Shown one piece after another: positions 31,861-32,000 of a stretch of 32,000 nt of DNA. Made by a program: the position numbers and the translations under genes. Position 1 is the stretch's first letter; every line of letters starts with the position of its first letter. The DNA is from Raphidiopsis brookii D9 (lineage in GTDB: Bacteria; Cyanobacteriota; Cyanobacteriia; Cyanobacteriales; Nostocaceae). Under the pieces are notes generated by a model. That model had not been told where the DNA came from. It saw only the letters and a program-made list of their open reading frames with translations, and did no database searches. Location: assembly GCA_000175855.1 (NCBI GenBank), contig ACYB01000047.1, positions 30,001 through 62,000 on the forward strand, read 5' to 3'.

Positions 31861-32000
31861 ATGATTGAACATCGAATTGCCACAATACTAAGAAGTAGTC
31901 AACCTGAAGAAACGCTAGTAGTACGAGGGTGGGTAAGAACTAAACGAGAACTCAAGGGATTTACCTTTTTAGAAATCAATGACGGTTCATGTTTAGCCAA
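31861..32000 (+). CDS. asnS: asparaginyl-tRNA synthetase (N-terminal part; runs off the right edge)
   Basis: [46 protein letters not shown]...; OB-fold anticodon-binding N-terminus of AsnRS. Confidence 0.85.
   Translation, partial: MIEHRIATILRSSQPEETLVVRGWVRTKRELKGFTFLEINDGSCLA

Overview
This is an ordinary housekeeping stretch of a cyanobacterial chromosome. It is Nostocales-like, and I suspect a Raphidiopsis/Cylindrospermopsis-type genome, but that is inference only. Contents in order: hom (partial, -), petH (-), prk (+), bciB-like (+), PLP-dependent methionine gamma-lyase/aluminum-resistance family gene (-), desC/desA/desB desaturase cluster (+), orphan modA (-), Uma2-family gene (-), CPBP protease-like gene (+), the rimP-nusA-ylxR-infB cluster (-), conserved membrane protein gene (-), rfbBACD dTDP-rhamnose pathway (+), radA (-), rpaB (+), complex C assembly subunit B-like gene (+), psaK (+), apcD (-), rlmD (+), anti-sigma/HATPase gene (+), two small genes, a decayed IS607/IS200-type tnpA-tnpB remnant, and the start of asnS (+). 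I found no convincing undescribed defence or biosynthetic system. The most notable observations are: (1) four apparent single-nucleotide homopolymer-length frameshifts, two of them in normally indispensable genes (petH C-terminus, infB N-terminal domain), which suggests sequence or assembly error unless verified; (2) a short structured leader with an intrinsic terminator 13 nt upstream of rimP that could act as an attenuator of the nusA operon; (3) a degraded transposon abutting asnS, with a near-perfect palindrome where the TnpB similarity ends.
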